The notes beneath the pieces are model-generated. The model did not search any database. It was not told the DNA's origin and saw only the letters and a program-made list of their open reading frames with translations. Positions 26,558 to 36,359 of a stretch of DNA of 64,000 nt are shown here, piece by piece (positions within the stretch are counted from its first letter, which is position 1; the number at the start of each line of letters is the position of its first letter). A program made the translations under genes and the position numbers. Origin of the DNA: an uncultured Actinomycetes bacterium. GTDB taxonomy: Bacteria > Actinomycetota > Actinomycetes > S36-B12. The stretch spans positions 10,065 to 74,064 of the forward strand of contig CAVZPI010000010.1 in NCBI GenBank assembly GCA_963777085.1, read 5' to 3'.

Positions 26558-27841
26558 TCATGGCGAAGGCGCGACGGCGTCAGGCCCGAACCAGACCGGC
26601 ATCCTGCCGACCTGGACGCTGCTTCCCGGGGTGACCGCGCGGCAGTTGGCGAGAGCGTCGCACTGGCGCATCGCGTAGGCCGGCACCTGGTAGGGCTGCG
26701 TGCCACCCGAGCTCGTCCACGCCACCTCGGCGAGGCTGCCTGCACGATCGACCGCGCATGAGTTGGCGGCCCCCGTACGGCACGTCACCCAGGAATCGAC
26801 GGTCCAGTCGAGGACCGACTGGTAGGCGCGGGCGCCGGTCGTGCCATCCGCCATCGTGATGCCGAGCAGGTCGGTCGGCGGTGACCATGCGTACCAGTAC
26901 GTCCGGGCGATTCGCAGACGGATGCCGTCCAGGTACGTCTGGGCGACGTACACGGCCGCCTTGGTGCCCGCGATGTCCTTGTCCGGGTATGCGGCCCCGG
27001 GGCCACTGATGCCGTAGTTGACCTCGGTGTCCCACAGCGGTCGCGTCGGCGCATGGGCCCGTCGCAGGGCCTTCCTGGCCTTGGCAACGTAGGTCGCCCG
27101 GAGGGCGGGGGTCCCCGTGCTGGGCCCGTAGGTATGGATGGCGAACGCGTCGACGGGCCAGCCGCGCCTGCGCAACTGCGTGAGGTAGGCGGGGAAGAAG
27201 CGGTCGAATGCGCTGGACAGTCGAACGGTGCTGCTGGCGGCGACCACCTTCGCCGTCGGGTCGAGGCGCGCGATGATGCGGTGGGCCTCGAGAGTGAGTC
27301 GCGCCATCTGAGTCGGCGTGCCCTGCCAGAAGGTCGGCAGGTTGGCCTCGTTCCAGATCTGGTAGGCGTCGATCGAGTTGCCGTGCCGCGTGACGACCGA
27401 CGTGACCCAGCGTCGCCAGTCGGTGATGCTGCGGGGGTTCGAGGCCGCCCCGCGATTCGGATACGTGCCCTGACCGCGGTTCGACGCGGCCCACGCGGGC
27501 GTGGATCCCAGCACGTAGAGGATCTCCGCGTTCTGGGCGTTGGCCGCGGCGATGGCCTTGTCGAGCCCCACCCACCAGTAGTGCTCCTTGCGGCGCTCGA
27601 CCTGGCCCCAGGTCACGCCGGAGTCCCAGAGCCGGACCGTGCCGTAGGACACGCTGGGGTCCGCCCCATCGGCGATGCGCGGCACGTGCAGTCCGAAGGC
27701 CGTGTCATCGACGAACGACGCCGCACGTGCCGGGGCGGGAAGGCCGACGAGCAGGGCCAAGCCCGTCGCGATAGCCGCAACATGCGCGGTCGACCATCTC
27801 GATCGTCCCTGACAGGCCCCGCCGTTCGCCATGGCTGGCAC
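26558..27841 (-). CDS. Secreted TIM-barrel glycoside hydrolase (clan GH-A; GH5/GH39-like)
   Basis: 427 aa with a signal peptide. YQIWNEAN is the acid/base NE motif, and FAIHTYG is also present. Confidence 0.65.
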   Translation of the reverse strand: MPAMANGGACQGRSRWSTAHVAAIATGLALLVGLPAPARAASFVDDTAFGLHVPRIADGADPSVSYGTVRLWDSGVTWGQVERRKEHYWWVGLDKAIAAANAQNAEILYVLGSTPAWAASNRGQGTYPNRGAASNPRSITDWRRWVTSVVTRHGNSIDAYQIWNEANLPTFWQGTPTQMARLTLEAHRIIARLDPTAKVVAASSTVRLSSAFDRFFPAYLTQLRRRGWPVDAFAIHTYGPSTGTPALRATYVAKARKALRRAHAPTRPLWDTEVNYGISGPGAAYPDKDIAGTKAAVYVAQTYLDGIRLRIARTYWYAWSPPTDLLGITMADGTTGARAYQSVLDWTVDSWVTCRTGAANSCAVDRAGSLAEVAWTSSGGTQPYQVPAYAMRQCDALANCRAVTPGSSVQVGRMPVWFGPDAVAPSP

Positions 27842-27977
27842 CTCCCGAACGACAGGTCGCTCACACGGGACTGTACGCGGCTCGCGTCCGCATACGGGTG
27901 GCGAACCTGGGACCCGCTGCCGGCAAGAACGAGGCGAAGGGCGTCGCCGCAGCCGATCCCAGGTGAGTCGTGGGGGT

Positions 27978-29174
27978 TCAGCCGACGCTCGGCCGTCCCG
28001 AACCGCGAAGGCTCAGCGCCACGAGCGAGATCGAGACGAGCCCGGCGGCAGCCATGCCGGCGCCCATCTCGACAGGCGGTGGCAGCGTCAGCGCCGAGAG
28101 CACCGCCGACGCCAGTGCGCCCATCGTCATCTGGAGCCCGCCGACCAGGGCCGCGGCCGACGCCGCCGCACGTGGGAACGGGTCGAGGGCCAGGGCCATG
28201 CCGTTGCTGTTGACCCCGGCGACGGTCATGAGGGCCAGCACGAGGGGGAGCAGCAGGAGGGGCAGTCGGACGGCGAGCACCGCGGCGGAGAGCACGGCGA
28301 GGGACGCGACGACCTGCGTGGTCACCGAGGCACGCAGCAGCGCAAGCACCCGCACGCGCCGGAGCATCCGCATGTTGACCTGGGCGCCTGCGGCGAAGCA
28401 CACCGCAAGGCCCGCGAACAGCAGGGCGAACCCGGGCGGACTGACGTCGTAGGTGTCGATGAAGACCGCGGGCGAGGAGGAGATGTAGGCGAACAGCGCG
28501 GTGGAGCCGAGCGCGGCGATGGCGGCCGCGTAGCGGAACTGCCGATTGCCGATGATCGATCGGTACTGCCGCATGGCACCGGGCAGTCCGTGGTCGGTGC
28601 GCCGGTCGGCCGGCAGCGTCTCGGGGAGTCGCAGGACCCCGATGAGGCAGGCGGCGCCGAACAGGGCGAGGGCGACGAACATCCAGTGCCATGAGGCGGT
28701 GGACAGGATCGCGGAGCCGATGATGGGCGCCACCACGGGAGCGATCGCGAAGACGGTGACGATCGCCGACAGCGCCCTGGCGAGCTCGACGCCGGAGAAC
28801 ACGTCGCGCACGATCGCCCGGGCGATGACGATGCCCGCCGATCCGCCGAGGGCCTGCGCGAATCGCAGCAGGACCATGGCGGGGAAGCCCGGTGCGACCG
28901 CGATGAGCAGGGAGGCCGTGATGAAGATGGCCAGTCCGACGAGCAGGGGGCGCTTGCGTCCGAACCGATCCGACGTCGGGCCCCAGACGACCTGGCCGAG
29001 GCCGAGGCCGATGAGGCAGGCCGACATGGTCAGCTGGACCGAGCCGCTGTCCGTGCCGAAGTCGGCGGCGATGGCCGGGAAGGCCGGCAGGTAGAGGTCG
29101 AGCGACATCGGCCCGAATGCGGTGAGCGCGGCCAGGATCAGCAGGAGGCGCCTGCGAGGAAGTCGGTCCGTCAC
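27978..29174 (-). CDS. MFS drug-resistance transporter, Bcr/CflA subfamily
   Basis: 398 aa, 12-TM pattern, with PMSLDLYLPAFPAIAADFG and GPTSDRFGRKRPLL. Confidence 0.85.
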   Translation of the reverse strand: MTDRLPRRRLLLILAALTAFGPMSLDLYLPAFPAIAADFGTDSGSVQLTMSACLIGLGLGQVVWGPTSDRFGRKRPLLVGLAIFITASLLIAVAPGFPAMVLLRFAQALGGSAGIVIARAIVRDVFSGVELARALSAIVTVFAIAPVVAPIIGSAILSTASWHWMFVALALFGAACLIGVLRLPETLPADRRTDHGLPGAMRQYRSIIGNRQFRYAAAIAALGSTALFAYISSSPAVFIDTYDVSPPGFALLFAGLAVCFAAGAQVNMRMLRRVRVLALLRASVTTQVVASLAVLSAAVLAVRLPLLLLPLVLALMTVAGVNSNGMALALDPFPRAAASAAALVGGLQMTMGALASAVLSALTLPPPVEMGAGMAAAGLVSISLVALSLRGSGRPSVG

Positions 29175-29180
29175 TCGGTA

Positions 29181-30050
29181 TCAGGCAACCTGGAAGGAGC
29201 GCTTCGCCAGGCCCCACATGAAGCCGTCGATGGTCGACGTCGGCACGGCGCCATCCGAGCTGGTTCCCATCGCGAGGAACAGGGGGGAGAAGTGCTCGGG
29301 GCTCGGATGGGCGTAGGGCATCCCCGGGGCATCGCGGTAGGAGGCAAGCGCGTCGATGTCGCGACGCCTCGCGGCGTCCCATGCCCATGCGTCGAACTCG
29401 CTCGACCAGGCCGGCGCGGCGTTGCCATGGATCATGTCCGCCGTCAGGTGCGGGAGCCCGTGCGTCATGAAGCCCGACCCGATGATCAGGACCCCCTCGT
29501 CTCGGAGCGGACGGAGCCGCTCGCCGAGGGCGAGGAGCCGATCGGGGCGATGGGTGGGCAGGCTCAGCTGGACGACGGGCACGTCACCGAGCGGGTACAT
29601 CACCTTCAACGGCACCCAGGCTCCGTGGTCGAGTCCTCGCGAGCCGTGCTGGTGCAACGGCTGATCGTCCGGCATGAGCCGCGCGACCAGTGTCGCGAGC
29701 CGGGACGCATCGGGGGTCTCGTAGGTCATGGCGTAGTAGCGAGGGTCGAACCCGCCGAAGTCGTAGACCAGCGGCGTGGCGGCTGCGGGCGAGGAGATGG
29801 CGAGCGGCGCCGACTCCCAGTGCGCGCTGACGACCAGGATGGCCCGCGGCTTGGGCAGGCTGACGGACCAGGACAGCAGGTCCCTCATCCACGGGCCGTC
29901 GTCGAACATGGGCGGTGCGCCGTGGCTGAGGAAGAGGGACGGAAGTGGACCGTCGGACTCCTGCCAGGCGGAGTGCTCGCGGGCCTGCCCGAGCGCGTCG
30001 GGCAGGAAGGCGTCGAACGCCGCTCCCGATCGAACCTGTTCCGTGGCCAC
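29181..30050 (-). CDS. Class III extradiol dioxygenase (4,5-DOPA dioxygenase/YgiD-like, LigB family)
   Basis: 289 aa with LFLSHGAP, ILVVSAHWE, LDHGAWVPL and IIGSGFMTHGL. GTG start with an AAGGTGAGG SD. It ends 6 nt before the MFS gene. Confidence 0.85.
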   Translation of the reverse strand: MATEQVRSGAAFDAFLPDALGQAREHSAWQESDGPLPSLFLSHGAPPMFDDGPWMRDLLSWSVSLPKPRAILVVSAHWESAPLAISSPAAATPLVYDFGGFDPRYYAMTYETPDASRLATLVARLMPDDQPLHQHGSRGLDHGAWVPLKVMYPLGDVPVVQLSLPTHRPDRLLALGERLRPLRDEGVLIIGSGFMTHGLPHLTADMIHGNAAPAWSSEFDAWAWDAARRRDIDALASYRDAPGMPYAHPSPEHFSPLFLAMGTSSDGAVPTSTIDGFMWGLAKRSFQVA

Positions 30051-30098
30051 GACGGCGCCTCACCTTGAAGTTGAAGATTCAACCAAGTGTTGCAGGCT

Positions 30099-30131
30099 GC
30101 GCCATGGGAGTCAATCCGACTCCCATGGCGC
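30099..30131. terminator. Perfect 14-bp stem / 5-nt loop hairpin
   Basis: GCGCCATGGGAGTC-AATCC-GACTCCCATGGCGC. It lies 27 nt downstream of the micro-ORF stop on the minus strand and upstream of the dioxygenase gene. There is no U-tract. Confidence 0.4.
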
Positions 30132-30157
30132 ACCGTCGTTCCCGTGCGCTCGACCGC

Positions 30158-30298
30158 CTACGAGCAGGGCATGCAACTCCAGCACAGGCCGGTCGCATCG
30201 GTGCGGGTTATCGGCCCGCGGCACTCGCGGCAGCGGTCTCGCTCGTTGAGGCCCATGGGCTCGCGGCGCTCGTCGTCAATGGAATTCGTGTACATCAT
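30158..30298 (-). CDS. Unlisted 46-aa Cys-rich micro-protein (CxxC-14-CxxCxxC, zinc-ribbon-like)
   Basis: MMYTNSIDDERREPMGLNERDRCRECRGPITRTDATGLCWSCMPCS. A strong RBS (GGAAGG) lies 8 nt upstream of the ATG. It falls below the 60-aa ORF-track cutoff. Confidence 0.45.
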   Translation of the reverse strand: MMYTNSIDDERREPMGLNERDRCRECRGPITRTDATGLCWSCMPCS

Positions 30299-30508
30299 GG
30301 TCGTGCCTTCCTACGGCGCAACGCTGCAGCAAGCAGTCGCTGCGCCAAGTGGTGTTGGTGGTCTGCCTCGTTCGGGAGCGGCCTTCCAGGCTGCTCACCG
30401 TGCTGGGCCCTGACCATTCACGCAGCCGTATGTGGCATGTGCGCTCTTCGAAGGTAGCACGCCTTCGGCGTCAGCGCCCAATCGCACGCAGCGCAGCCAC
30501 CAGGTACG

Positions 30509-30667
30509 TCAGGGCTGGGACGCCAGGATGACGACCGCGATCGAGAGGGCGGCGAGGATCAGGACGACTGCCCCGAAGGTCACGGCGAGGATCCTGAACC
30601 GCCGATCGTGAGTCGGCGAGCCAGTCTCGCTGTCCGCAGGGCCGTCCACGCCGGGGGTCCCGCTCAT
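30509..30667 (-). CDS. Unlisted 52-aa single-TM micro-protein
   Basis: MSGTPGVDGPADSETGSPTHDRRFRILAVTFGAVVLILAALSIAVVILASQP. A GAGAGGAA RBS lies 6-7 nt upstream. Confidence 0.45.
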   Translation of the reverse strand: MSGTPGVDGPADSETGSPTHDRRFRILAVTFGAVVLILAALSIAVVILASQP

Positions 30668-30769
30668 GGCTGGTTCCTCTCATTGGCCGATCCCGAGCAT
30701 GCTACCTACAATGAATTGGGGAGCAGCCGACCGTCCGCGAAGGCGGTCCGGCCATGAGGGGGTGCGGCG

Positions 30770-31895
30770 ATGCGCGTCTGGTGGGTCCCTGTTGCCGTCG
30801 CAGTCGCGTCCCTGAGTGCCGGACTGCTGATCGGCCCGGTGGCCGACGCCCCCGTCGATGGGTCCGCCAATGCGGCCGAGCCGCTTGCGGTGAGCGTCGG
30901 CCCGATGGCTGGCACGGTGGCCAAGGGCCCCACGCTCGTCTTCGGCTCCTTCAACATCTGCAAGACCGACTGCGCGGCACCGGCGCCACCCTGGGAGGTT
31001 CGGCGCGATCGCGTGGCCCGGGTGATCACCGAGTCGGGGGTCGACGTCGTGGGCCTGCAGGAGGCCACCTTCTGGCCCACCGCGCACGCGAAGACCCAGC
31101 TGCTGGACGTCCAGGTGCTGCTCGCCCCCGCCGGGTACGTCCTGCCGGCCTTCACGCCGGACTCCGACGAGTGCAAGTGGACGTCGGCGGATGCCAAGGC
31201 CTGCACGCACACCACGGGCGTGCTGTTCAACTCGCGGACGGTCCGGCAGGTGACGCTCCCCAACGGCATGCCGTCGGCGGGCACGCTGCCGATGTCCGAG
31301 ATCGTCGGCGGGCTCACGCCCGACGCGGCCCCGCGAAAGGTGACGTGGGCGTACCTCGAGGGCCTGAACGGAACCCGCCCGTTCCTGGTGCTGGCCGTGC
31401 ACACGTCGAACCTCAAGGACCCCGCGAACGAGGCCGGCCGGGTGGCGTTCGGCTCTGCCCTGACGGGGTGGGTCGAGGCCTTCAACCAGCAGCACGCCAT
31501 GGCCGGCACCCCCATCGTCCTGCTGGCCGACCTCAACTCCTACCGCAAGCGCCAGCCGCAGGGGGCCCAGCAGGTGCTCATCGACTCCGGCTGGGTCGAT
31601 GCCGGCACCGCTCCGGTGAAGCGCAACGTGCAGTACTCGACCATCAACTACAACCCGCTGCTCGCCATGACCGAGCAGGGCTTCCCGCCCAAGCCGTACG
31701 TCTTCCACACCAGCCGCAAGTCCCCGGTCCTGGACGCGACGCGCATCGACTACGTGATGGCCAGAAGGTGCCGGCGTCACTCCCGTCGACTACGAGGTCG
31801 TCATCCACCTCAACCCTGACGGGTCCTTCGACCCGAGCTACCAGGCGTCCGACCACCAGATGGTGCGTTCCACCGTCGCCTTCGCGGCCGGCTAG
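30770..31895 (+). pseudogene. Secreted endonuclease/exonuclease/phosphatase (EEP) family protein, frameshift near 31760-31770
   Basis: The signal peptide, SFNIC, VVGLQE and LADLNS motifs are in the frame of ORF 30770..31819. The conserved end (GAGVTPVDYEVVIHLNPDGSFDPSYQASDHQMVRSTVAFAAG) is in another frame and stops at 31895. Confidence 0.7.
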
Positions 31896-31943
31896 CGAGG
31901 TCGCGCAGCGCATCGTCATGACCGGATTGACGTGGTCCGATAG

Positions 31944-31970
31944 ATTGGACACAATATAAACGTGTCCAAT
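31944..31970. promoter_or_regulatory. Inverted repeat ATTGGACAC-N9-GTGTCCAAT (candidate OhrR/MarR operator)
   Basis: It has perfect 9-bp arms in an AT-rich patch. The right arm overlaps the GTG start of gpx. The cognate MarR/OhrR gene follows gpx. Confidence 0.5.
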
Positions 31971-32462
31971 ATAAAAAGTCTCCATGACCTCTCGTTCACG
32001 AGCAACCGCGGCGAGGAGGTCGCGCTGTCGAGCTTCGACGGCCACCCCATCCTCATCGTCAACACCGCCAGCAAGTGCGGCTTCACCCCGCAGTACGAGG
32101 GGTTGCAGGAGCTGCACGAGGAGTTCAAGGATCGCGGCCTGATCGTGCTGGGCTTCCCCTGCGACCAGTTCGGGCACCAGGAGCCGGGCGACGACGCGCA
32201 GGTCGAGCAGTTCTGCACGGTGAACTACGGCGTCACCTTCCCGCTGTCCACGAAGGTCGACGTCAACGGCAAGGACACCGATCCGGTGTTCGCCTTCCTC
32301 AAGGAGCAGTCGGGCGGGCTGCTCGGGTCGGGGATCAAGTGGAACTTCACCAAGTTCCTCGTCGCCCCGGATGGCACCACCGTGTCGCGATACGCGCCGA
32401 CGACGGAGCCCGCCAGCCTTCGGGACGACATCGAGGCGCTGCTCGAGCGGCCGGCGACCTGA
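31962..32462 (+). CDS. gpx: Glutathione peroxidase
   Basis: 166 aa with [29 protein letters not shown] and WNFTKFLV. Confidence 0.9.
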   Translation: MSNIKSLHDLSFTSNRGEEVALSSFDGHPILIVNTASKCGFTPQYEGLQELHEEFKDRGLIVLGFPCDQFGHQEPGDDAQVEQFCTVNYGVTFPLSTKVDVNGKDTDPVFAFLKEQSGGLLGSGIKWNFTKFLVAPDGTTVSRYAPTTEPASLRDDIEALLERPAT

Positions 32463-32464
32463 TC

Positions 32465-32917
32465 GTGGCTGGACCGGTGGACGCGGCCCTGCTCCTCGAC
32501 AACCAGCTGTGCTTCCTGGTCTATCGGCTGCATCGCGGCATCACGGACCGGTACCGGCCGGTTCTCGCCGAGCTCGGCCTCACGTACCCGCAGTACCTCG
32601 TCATGCTCGTGCTCTGGGAGTCCGCCCCGCTCACCGTGAGCCGGATCGGTGCGCGCCTCGACCTGGACAGCGGCACCCTCTCACCGCTGCTGAAGCGGCT
32701 CGAGTCGGCCGGGTTCGTCGAGCGTGCCCGCCTCGCGTCGGACGAGCGGTCCGTCGAGGTCTCGCTCACCGAGCAGGGACGGGCATTGCGCCAGCGGGCT
32801 CTGGCCGTGCCGGCCGTGGTCGGCGAGTGCCTGGTCGGCTCGGTGGAGGACTACCTTGTCGCGCATGAGCAGCTCTCCGCGCTGCTGGCTCGCGTGGACG
32901 CCGCCGTCGACGCGTGA
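32465..32917 (+). CDS. ohrR: MarR-family regulator, OhrR type
   Basis: It has [11 protein letters not shown] (the conserved sensing Cys) and a winged helix ([14 protein letters not shown]...[13 protein letters not shown]). The GTG start lies 3 nt after the gpx stop. Confidence 0.8.
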   Translation: MAGPVDAALLLDNQLCFLVYRLHRGITDRYRPVLAELGLTYPQYLVMLVLWESAPLTVSRIGARLDLDSGTLSPLLKRLESAGFVERARLASDERSVEVSLTEQGRALRQRALAVPAVVGECLVGSVEDYLVAHEQLSALLARVDAAVDA

Positions 32918-33032
32918 CCGCCCGATGGGTCGTCGGCGCCGCCTTCGGGTCGGCCTGCCCCGGAGCCCGGCGATGCGAACGTGACAAGGGCGCGCTGGAG
33001 GTCCTCGATGTGGAACGATTCACGAATCGGGC

Positions 33033-34793
33033 GTGAGCGACGATCCGGGCGGTGCGAACGTGATGGGGGATGGCGAGTTTCGTGACCACGTGGTGGTCTT
33101 CGGCTTCCACGGCGTCGGACGTCGCATCGTCAGGCAACTGTCCAATGCCGGCCAGAAGGTCATCGTCGTCGACCCGGATGCGGATCCCACGGAGCAGGAG
33201 GACCTCCAGCGGTGGGGGGCGCACTACCTGGCCGGGTACGGCGACAGCCAGGACACGCTGCACGCGGCAGGTGTCGGTGATGCCCTCGCAGTCCTGTGCG
33301 TCACCGACGACGATGTCCGAAACATCCGGCTGGCCCTGCTCGTACGCGACATCTCGGCCGACGTGCGCATCGTGGTGCGCATGGCCAACTCCTCCGTGGG
33401 CACGGCACTTCGGTCGGTGGCGCAGCCGGGGGCGGTGCTCGACGTTGCGGAGCTCGCGTCCATGTCCTTCGTCGAGACGGCGGTCGACAGGACCACGCAC
33501 GCGATCATGCTCGGGGGCACGCCATTCACCGTCGCCACGTTCCGCAGCGCGGCGAGCGGCACGTTCCAGTCACTGTGGGGCGGATTGGCACCGATCTCCC
33601 TGCGACCCGCCGACGGATCACCGACCGTGTCCGACCCGGGCCTGGACCACGAGGTGAGCCCGGGCGACCTCGTCACGCTCATGGGCACGGCGAGCGGATT
33701 CCGGGACGCCGGCGTCGAGCCCCGGCCCGACCGGGCGACGGCGATCGGTCGGACACTGCGTCGCCGCGTGCGGGAGGCGCTCGCCGCGATGTCCGACGCG
33801 GTCGACCGGCCGTTCCGCATCGCCTTCGCCGTGCTCTCGCTGCTTGCCGTCACCTCGGTCGTCGTGCTCACGTACGGGTACGAGGAGTCCGACGGCACCG
33901 GGATGAACGTCGTGGACGCGGTGTACTTCACCTCGGAGACCATCGCGACGGTCGGCTTCGGCGACTTCTACTTCCGCGACCAGGCCACCTGGCTTCGGGT
34001 CTGGGCGATCCTGCTCATCCTCCTCGGGGCGACCCTGGTCGCGCTGGCCACGGCGCTGCTCACCAACGCGCTCGTCTCGCGCCGGCTGGCGCAGTCGCTC
34101 GGTCGTCAGCGGGTCACCGGGATGGCCGGCCATATCGTGGTCATCGGGCTCGGCTCGGTGGGCAGCAAGGTGGCGATCGACCTGCACGACGCGGGTTACG
34201 AGGTCGCCGTCATCGACGGCGGCGAGGGGCAGAGATTCGTGCCGAAGATGCGGGCGGCCGGCATCCCCGTCCTCATCGGCGACGCGACACTGCCCGAGAC
34301 GCAGGCGGCCGCCGGGATCCACCGTGCCGCAGGCATCGCCGTCCTCACGAGTGACGACCTCGTCAACATCGAGACCGGCCTGGCCGTGCGCGGGGTCGTC
34401 GGCGACCGAACGGTACCCATCGCGCTGCGGGTCTTCAGCCGCAACCTGGCCCGCGTCATCGGAGCCGGCCTCGATGCCGGGATCGCGCGCTCGATCGCCG
34501 AACTGGCCTCGCCATGGTTCGTGGGAGCGGCCCTCGGCCTCGACGTGCTGGGCACCTTCTACGTCGGCTCGACCCTGTTCGTGGCGGTCCGTCTCCCCGT
34601 GCGCGATGGTGGGGGCATGGACGGCGTCCGCATCCAGGATCTCGGCGCGGGCACCCGCATCGTCGCCCGGCAGGCTGCCGGGGCAGGCGAGCTCGAGCAT
34701 CCGCCGACGCCGGGCACCGTCCTTCAGGCGGGGGACAGCGTCTACCTCATCGGCCAGTACGAGGACCTGCTCTTCCTACTGCAGAGGGCATGA
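33033..34793 (+). CDS. Potassium channel protein with two RCK/TrkA-N domains
   Basis: 586 aa. It has the TIATVGFGDF selectivity filter and GxGxxG Rossmann motifs (VVFGFHGVGRR, VVIGLGSVGSK). An alternative ATG start lies at 33063. Confidence 0.8.
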   Translation: MSDDPGGANVMGDGEFRDHVVVFGFHGVGRRIVRQLSNAGQKVIVVDPDADPTEQEDLQRWGAHYLAGYGDSQDTLHAAGVGDALAVLCVTDDDVRNIRLALLVRDISADVRIVVRMANSSVGTALRSVAQPGAVLDVAELASMSFVETAVDRTTHAIMLGGTPFTVATFRSAASGTFQSLWGGLAPISLRPADGSPTVSDPGLDHEVSPGDLVTLMGTASGFRDAGVEPRPDRATAIGRTLRRRVREALAAMSDAVDRPFRIAFAVLSLLAVTSVVVLTYGYEESDGTGMNVVDAVYFTSETIATVGFGDFYFRDQATWLRVWAILLILLGATLVALATALLTNALVSRRLAQSLGRQRVTGMAGHIVVIGLGSVGSKVAIDLHDAGYEVAVIDGGEGQRFVPKMRAAGIPVLIGDATLPETQAAAGIHRAAGIAVLTSDDLVNIETGLAVRGVVGDRTVPIALRVFSRNLARVIGAGLDAGIARSIAELASPWFVGAALGLDVLGTFYVGSTLFVAVRLPVRDGGGMDGVRIQDLGAGTRIVARQAAGAGELEHPPTPGTVLQAGDSVYLIGQYEDLLFLLQRA

Positions 34794-34821
34794 GCCGATC
34801 GGCGCGCGATACCCTCATCCG

Positions 34822-35169
34822 ATGAGCCAGACGCCTGCCTGCCCCGAGTGCACGAACGAGTTCACCTACGAGCTGGCCGGGCTGCTGACCTGCCCGGGGT
34901 GCGGCCACGAGTGGACGCTCGCGCCGGTGGATGACGGCGCCGATGACACCTTCGCAGTCAGGGACTCGGTGGGCAACGTGCTGGCGGACGGCGACACGGT
35001 GGTCATCGTCAAGGACCTGAAGGTCAAGGGCAGCCCGACGTCGATCAAGGTGGGCACGAAGGTGCGCGGCATCCGGCTCGTCAGCGGTTCGGGGGACCAC
35101 GACATCGACTGCAAGGTGGACGGCTTCGGCCCGATGATGCTGAAGTCCAGTGTCGTGCGGAAGGCCTGA
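34822..35169 (+). CDS. yjdM: Zinc-ribbon protein YjdM/PhnA
   Basis: 115 aa with CPECTNEFTY...CPGCGHEW, then VIVKDLKVKGS...IKVGTKVRGIRL...IDCKVDGFGPMMLKSSVVRKA. Confidence 0.85.
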   Translation: MSQTPACPECTNEFTYELAGLLTCPGCGHEWTLAPVDDGADDTFAVRDSVGNVLADGDTVVIVKDLKVKGSPTSIKVGTKVRGIRLVSGSGDHDIDCKVDGFGPMMLKSSVVRKA

Positions 35170-35194
35170 GCGGCACGCCGCTGCGCGATGTTGC

Positions 35195-35671
35195 CTAGAC
35201 GCGGCGGGGCACCTTGCCCGTCAGCTTGAGCATGGCGCACATGACCTTGTGACCGCCATCGGCCGTGGGCTCGAACATCAGTGGGCAGCCGCCATCGATC
35301 ACCGTGACGCCATGCTCGCGCCCGTAGGCCGCGGCCGGCGCCGAGACGCTGCCGGACCCGAACGACCTGTGCATCCAGACGTCGGTGATGCCGAGGTCCA
35401 CGGCCTCACGCATCGTGGCGTCGGCGTGCGCGGGGCTGGTGGCGATGACAACGGCTTCGACTCCGCCCGGGATGGACTTCAGGTCGGGGTAGCAGGGTGC
35501 GCCCTCGACGGAATCGGTGGCGGGATTGACTGGGAAGACCTCGAAGCCGCGATCGCGCAGCCGTTGGAAGACGACGTTGCTCCCGTGGCCCGTTGGGTTC
35601 CTCGAGACCCCCGTCACAGCGATGCGTCGATGGCTCAGGAACTGCTCGGCCGCCTGACTGATCTTCGTCAT
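35195..35671 (-). CDS. CoA-binding domain protein
   Basis: 158 aa with RRIAVTGVSRNP...GFEVFPVNP...CYPDLKSIP. Confidence 0.8.
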   Translation of the reverse strand: MTKISQAAEQFLSHRRIAVTGVSRNPTGHGSNVVFQRLRDRGFEVFPVNPATDSVEGAPCYPDLKSIPGGVEAVVIATSPAHADATMREAVDLGITDVWMHRSFGSGSVSAPAAAYGREHGVTVIDGGCPLMFEPTADGGHKVMCAMLKLTGKVPRRV

Positions 35672-35787
35672 GGCCCATCCCTTCCGCCGACCCGCTGATT
35701 CCGGGGCGGCCCGGCCACAAGGCTACGCCCCGCTCCGCGGGGATCGCCTGCCACGCGTTCGAGTGGAGTGCTCCCGGGCCGCGCGAG

Positions 35788-36288
35788 ATGATGGGTCGCA
35801 TGGCAACCAGCCCCCGACGCTCCGGCGCCACCACGCTTCTTCGTGCGATCCCGGCCCTGGCGCTGGCTGTCGCCGTCTTCGGGGCGGTGGGTGCGCCCGC
35901 ACCGGCCGCGGCGAGCACGTCGTTCTCGGAGGATCTCCCGGCGTGCACGTCCATGGCCGACTGGCCCACCAGGCCGGTGACGTCGAACGTTCGCGCTGCC
36001 GTTGCCGCGTACTACCGCGCCAAGGGGCTGGCGCCCGTGGCGATCGCCAAGCATCGCGAGTACGTGCTCGACGTGGAGGAGCAGCGCACGGGAACGCACT
36101 GGTGCCTGAATCCGGACGGCTCGAAGTCGGGCTACGTCGGGAACGTCCCGAAGTGGGCGACGAGGGCGGTCATGGTCTACGCCCGTCACAGGCCCTATCC
36201 GGCCACGGAATCGGCTGCGAGCTTCGTGACACTCGCCAAGGCGCCGGGCAGGCCGTGGAAGGTCGTCGGCGAGGGCACCGGCCCCTGA
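35788..36288 (+). CDS. Secreted hypothetical protein
   Basis: 166 aa with a signal peptide (LALAVAVFGAVGAPAPAAA) and a GC3-rich frame. Confidence 0.55.
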   Translation: MMGRMATSPRRSGATTLLRAIPALALAVAVFGAVGAPAPAAASTSFSEDLPACTSMADWPTRPVTSNVRAAVAAYYRAKGLAPVAIAKHREYVLDVEEQRTGTHWCLNPDGSKSGYVGNVPKWATRAVMVYARHRPYPATESAASFVTLAKAPGRPWKVVGEGTGP

Positions 36289-36359
36289 CGGCAACTGCAG
36301 CATCCGGGTGGACGTCCGGGCTAGTCTGGGATCGTCTCGACGAGGCAGGGGAGGCCGCG

